A DNA stretch of 64,000 nucleotides from NCBI RefSeq assembly GCF_009914755.1, contig NC_060931.1; one strand, written 5' to 3'. A program made the position numbers and the translations under genes. Within the stretch, counting starts at the first letter, position 1, and each line of letters begins with the position of its first letter. This stretch comes from the human T2T-CHM13v2.0 reference genome, Homo sapiens. This document shows positions 61,160 through 64,000 of the stretch, piece after piece. The notes under the pieces are model-generated. The model searched no databases, had not been told where the DNA came from, and worked only from the letters and a program-made list of their open reading frames with translations.

Positions 61160-64000
61160 GAGGCCTGGCCTTCTGCTCCTCTCCAACCTCCCCTTCTCTG
61201 GGCCCAAGCCACCTTGGCTGAGGAGGGGGCGAGGAGGTGTGAGCCCCTGCCAGGAACCCCCTGCCCGGACCAAGTGCTCGGCCCCCAGGCCTGCGTTCAG
61301 TGAGGCCTCCCGTGGCGTCAGCATGTTCGTGTGGAGGAATGTGGAAGGTCACTCTGCGGCCGTGTTCTCCTGGTACTCCATCCCCTTCCTGACCCCTCCC
61401 TGCAGCCACACGAGGCCCAGCAACCTGCCAGTCACTCAGTGGCCTCCAACCAGAGAAAACAACCTGCCAAGTTGGCAGCCGTTGCTCATGAGCGTCCACC
61501 AGGTGGGACAGGGAGTGTTGACCCTGGGCGGCCCCCTGGAGCCACCTGCCCTGAAAGCCCAGGGCCCGCAACCCCACACACTTTGGGGTTGGTGGAACCT
61601 GGTAAAAGCTCACCTCCCACCATGGAGGAGGAGCCCTGGGCCCCTCAGGGGAGTCCCTGCTGGACAGTGAGACAGAGAATGACCATGATGATGCTTTCCT
61701 CTCCATCATGTCTCCTGACACCCAGTTGCCTCTACCACTCAGATGATGTCAGGCCCAGTCCCTCAGTGCCCTGCGCAAGGAACAGGACTCATCTTCTGAG
61801 AAGGATGGACGCAGCCCCAACAAATCAGACAAGGACCACATCCGGTGGCCCATGAGTGGCGCTCATGATCTTCAGCAGGCGGCACCAGGCCCTGGCGGGG
61901 CGCACCAGGGTCACCCCAACCAGGATAACCGGACCGTCAGCCAGATGCTGAGCGAGCGGTGGTACACCCTGGGGCCCAATGAGATGCAGAAATACAACCT
62001 GGCCTTCCAGGTGAAGGTGGCCCACTTGCAACAAGGACCGAAAGAAGTCCAGCTCAGAGGCCAAGCCCACAAGCCAGGGGCTAGCAGGAGTGTAACAAGG
62101 GCTCGTGGGAGCGGAGCATATAAGAGACGAGCACTGCCACTGCCCCTGGGGTGTCCTCTGAACTCCTGTCAGTTGCAGCCCAAACACTCCAGAGCTCGGA
62201 TACCAAGGAGCAGCTTCTGTGGGGTAGAACGGCTGCACACAGTCAGGGAACCTGGCTCAGCCTGGCCCAAGCCTTCTCCCACAGCGGGGTACACAGCCTG
62301 GATGGCAGGGAAATAGACCGTCAGGCACTACGGGAACTGACACAGGTGGTGTCTGGCACTGCATCATACTCTGGCCCAAAGCCTTCTACTCAGCATGGAG
62401 CTCCAGGCCACTTTGCAGCCCCTGGTGAGGGAGGTGACCCGTGGGCAGCCCTGCTGCCGCCCACGTGAGCTGCTCATTCCCAGCACATGGCCAGCGAGGT
62501 CATAGCGAGTGACGAAGAGCACACGGTCATCCATGAGGAGGAGGGGGTGATGATGTCATTGCTGATGATGGCTTTAGCACCACCGACACCGATCTCAAGT
62601 TCAAGGAGTGGGTGACCGACTGAGAGTGGGGACAACTCTGGGGAGGAGCCAGAGGGCAACAAGGGCTTTGGTGGGAAGGTATTTGCACCTGTCATTCCTT
62701 CCTCCTTTACTCCTGCCGCCCCTTGCTGGATCCTGAGCCCCCAGGGTCCCCCGATCCACCTGCAGCTTTTGGCAGTCTATGGTCACACCCTGTCCTCCTC
62801 CTACACATACTCGGATGCTTCCTCCTCAACCTTGGCACCCACCTCCTTCTTACTGGGCCCAGGAGCCTTCAAAGCCCAGGAGTCTGGTCAACGCAGCAGA
62901 GCGGGCCCCCTACGGCCCCAACCCCTGGGGATGGGGGCCCAGGGACACCTTCCAAGGTGGCCTGTTTCCTCCCAATGGATCCTGCCACCTTCTGGTGCAA
63001 GAGACCTGAAAGTGTGGGCGACCTGGAGCTACCAGGCTCCTCAGTCATCAGGGTCCCTCCCAACACTAAGGCTTTCCTAGGCAGGAGCTGGGCTGAGCCA
63101 CCCGGGGGGCAGAGCCTGAAGAGAAACTGACTGGGCTTTCGGGGTCGGGGCAGAGGGAACCCCACGGACATGGATCCCACACTGGAGGACCCCACCGCGC
63201 CCAAATGCAAGATGAGAAGATGCTCCAGCTGCAGTCCAAAGCCCAACACCCCCAAGTGTGCCATGTGTGATGGGGACAGCTTCCCCTTTGCCTATACAGG
63301 TGGAGAAGCCGAGGACAGGCTCAGGGAACCGGAGACCAAGAAGGCGCTGTCCTCTTCACTGCATGTACCCTGGACCAGTGCCGGCCCTGATCATGCAGCT
63401 CTTCCAGGCCCACTGCTTCTTCCTGTCCACTAGGCCACAGCCGCCCTCCAGGCCCACTATGCACACATCTTCCCCTCCAAGGTTTGTTCTGCCCCTGCCC
63501 TGACTCCCAGCCCTGTGGGGGTCCTGACCGCACCTCACCTGGCTCAGACTCTTGACGCTGCCCTGGCTGCCCCACCAGTGCTTCTGCCCGAGAGTCACGT
63601 GAGGCTGAGAGTAGGGGCAGGGGCAGCAGTGGTGCCAGTTGGGGGGCGGTCCAGTGGGAGGAGCCTCAGCCTCGCAGGCTGCTCCGTGGGACTGATGACT
63701 GCATGATCTTCTGGGCACCTCACGGATCTTCAACTGCAGGTGAAACGGATGCTGGTGGTGGGTGCAGGGCCGCTGGGAGCTGCTGCATGGTTCCCAGAGG
63801 CTGGACTGAGGCAGGTGCCAACTGAAGCTGCTGGGGCAGCATGGGCAGGATGTTCTGCACACAAACCTTGGAGAAGAAGATGTGTGCATAGCAGGTCCAC
63901 TGCTGCTGCCCCTGCCCTGACTCCCAGCCCTGCCTGACCCCACCTCAACCTGCTCAGGCTCTGGCACAACCCTGGCTGCCCTGCCACTGCCTCTGCCCCA
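61160..64000 (+). pseudogene. CICP: Capicua (CIC, short-isoform-derived) processed pseudogene; internally deleted, 3' end rearranged, continues past the window
   Basis: [29 protein letters not shown] (CIC-S N-terminus); HMG box [40 protein letters not shown] (61831-62030); MDPATF..KRPESVG; EDPTAPKCKMRRCSSCS; C1 ALIMQLFQAH; no introns, many frameshifts. Confidence 0.96.

Noticed and set aside
61098-63503. Functional CIC protein
   Set aside because: Start codon lost, frameshifts in and around the HMG box, large deletion, split C1 domain.

Overview
Human (or great-ape) chromosome end read inward from the telomere, C-rich strand on +. Layout: about 3.4 kb of (CCCTAA)n with a proximal telomere-variant-repeat zone (1-3417); TAR1/CpG-island TERRA-promoter module with 37-, 29- and ~61-bp repeats (3418-5165); then about 59 kb of TE-dense subtelomeric duplicon. 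The duplicon holds a 13x93-bp VNTR, an RPL23A processed pseudogene, a degenerate interstitial telomere tract, a 59-bp VNTR, a perfect 100-bp palindrome, a SEPTIN14 coding-exon copy and a rearranged capicua (CIC) processed pseudogene running off the window end. No intact canonical protein-coding gene and no prokaryotic-type system (CRISPR, operon) is present. The best lead is a minus-strand (telomere-directed) chain of canonical GT-AG exons. In it, an exon made of inverted CIC pieces splices in frame (phase 0) to the SEPTIN14 coiled-coil exon and on into a further exon, giving a chimeric ORF of at least 211 aa. The chromosome arm cannot be assigned by eye because these blocks are multi-copy. 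TE subfamily names are from recalled consensus ends and are approximate.
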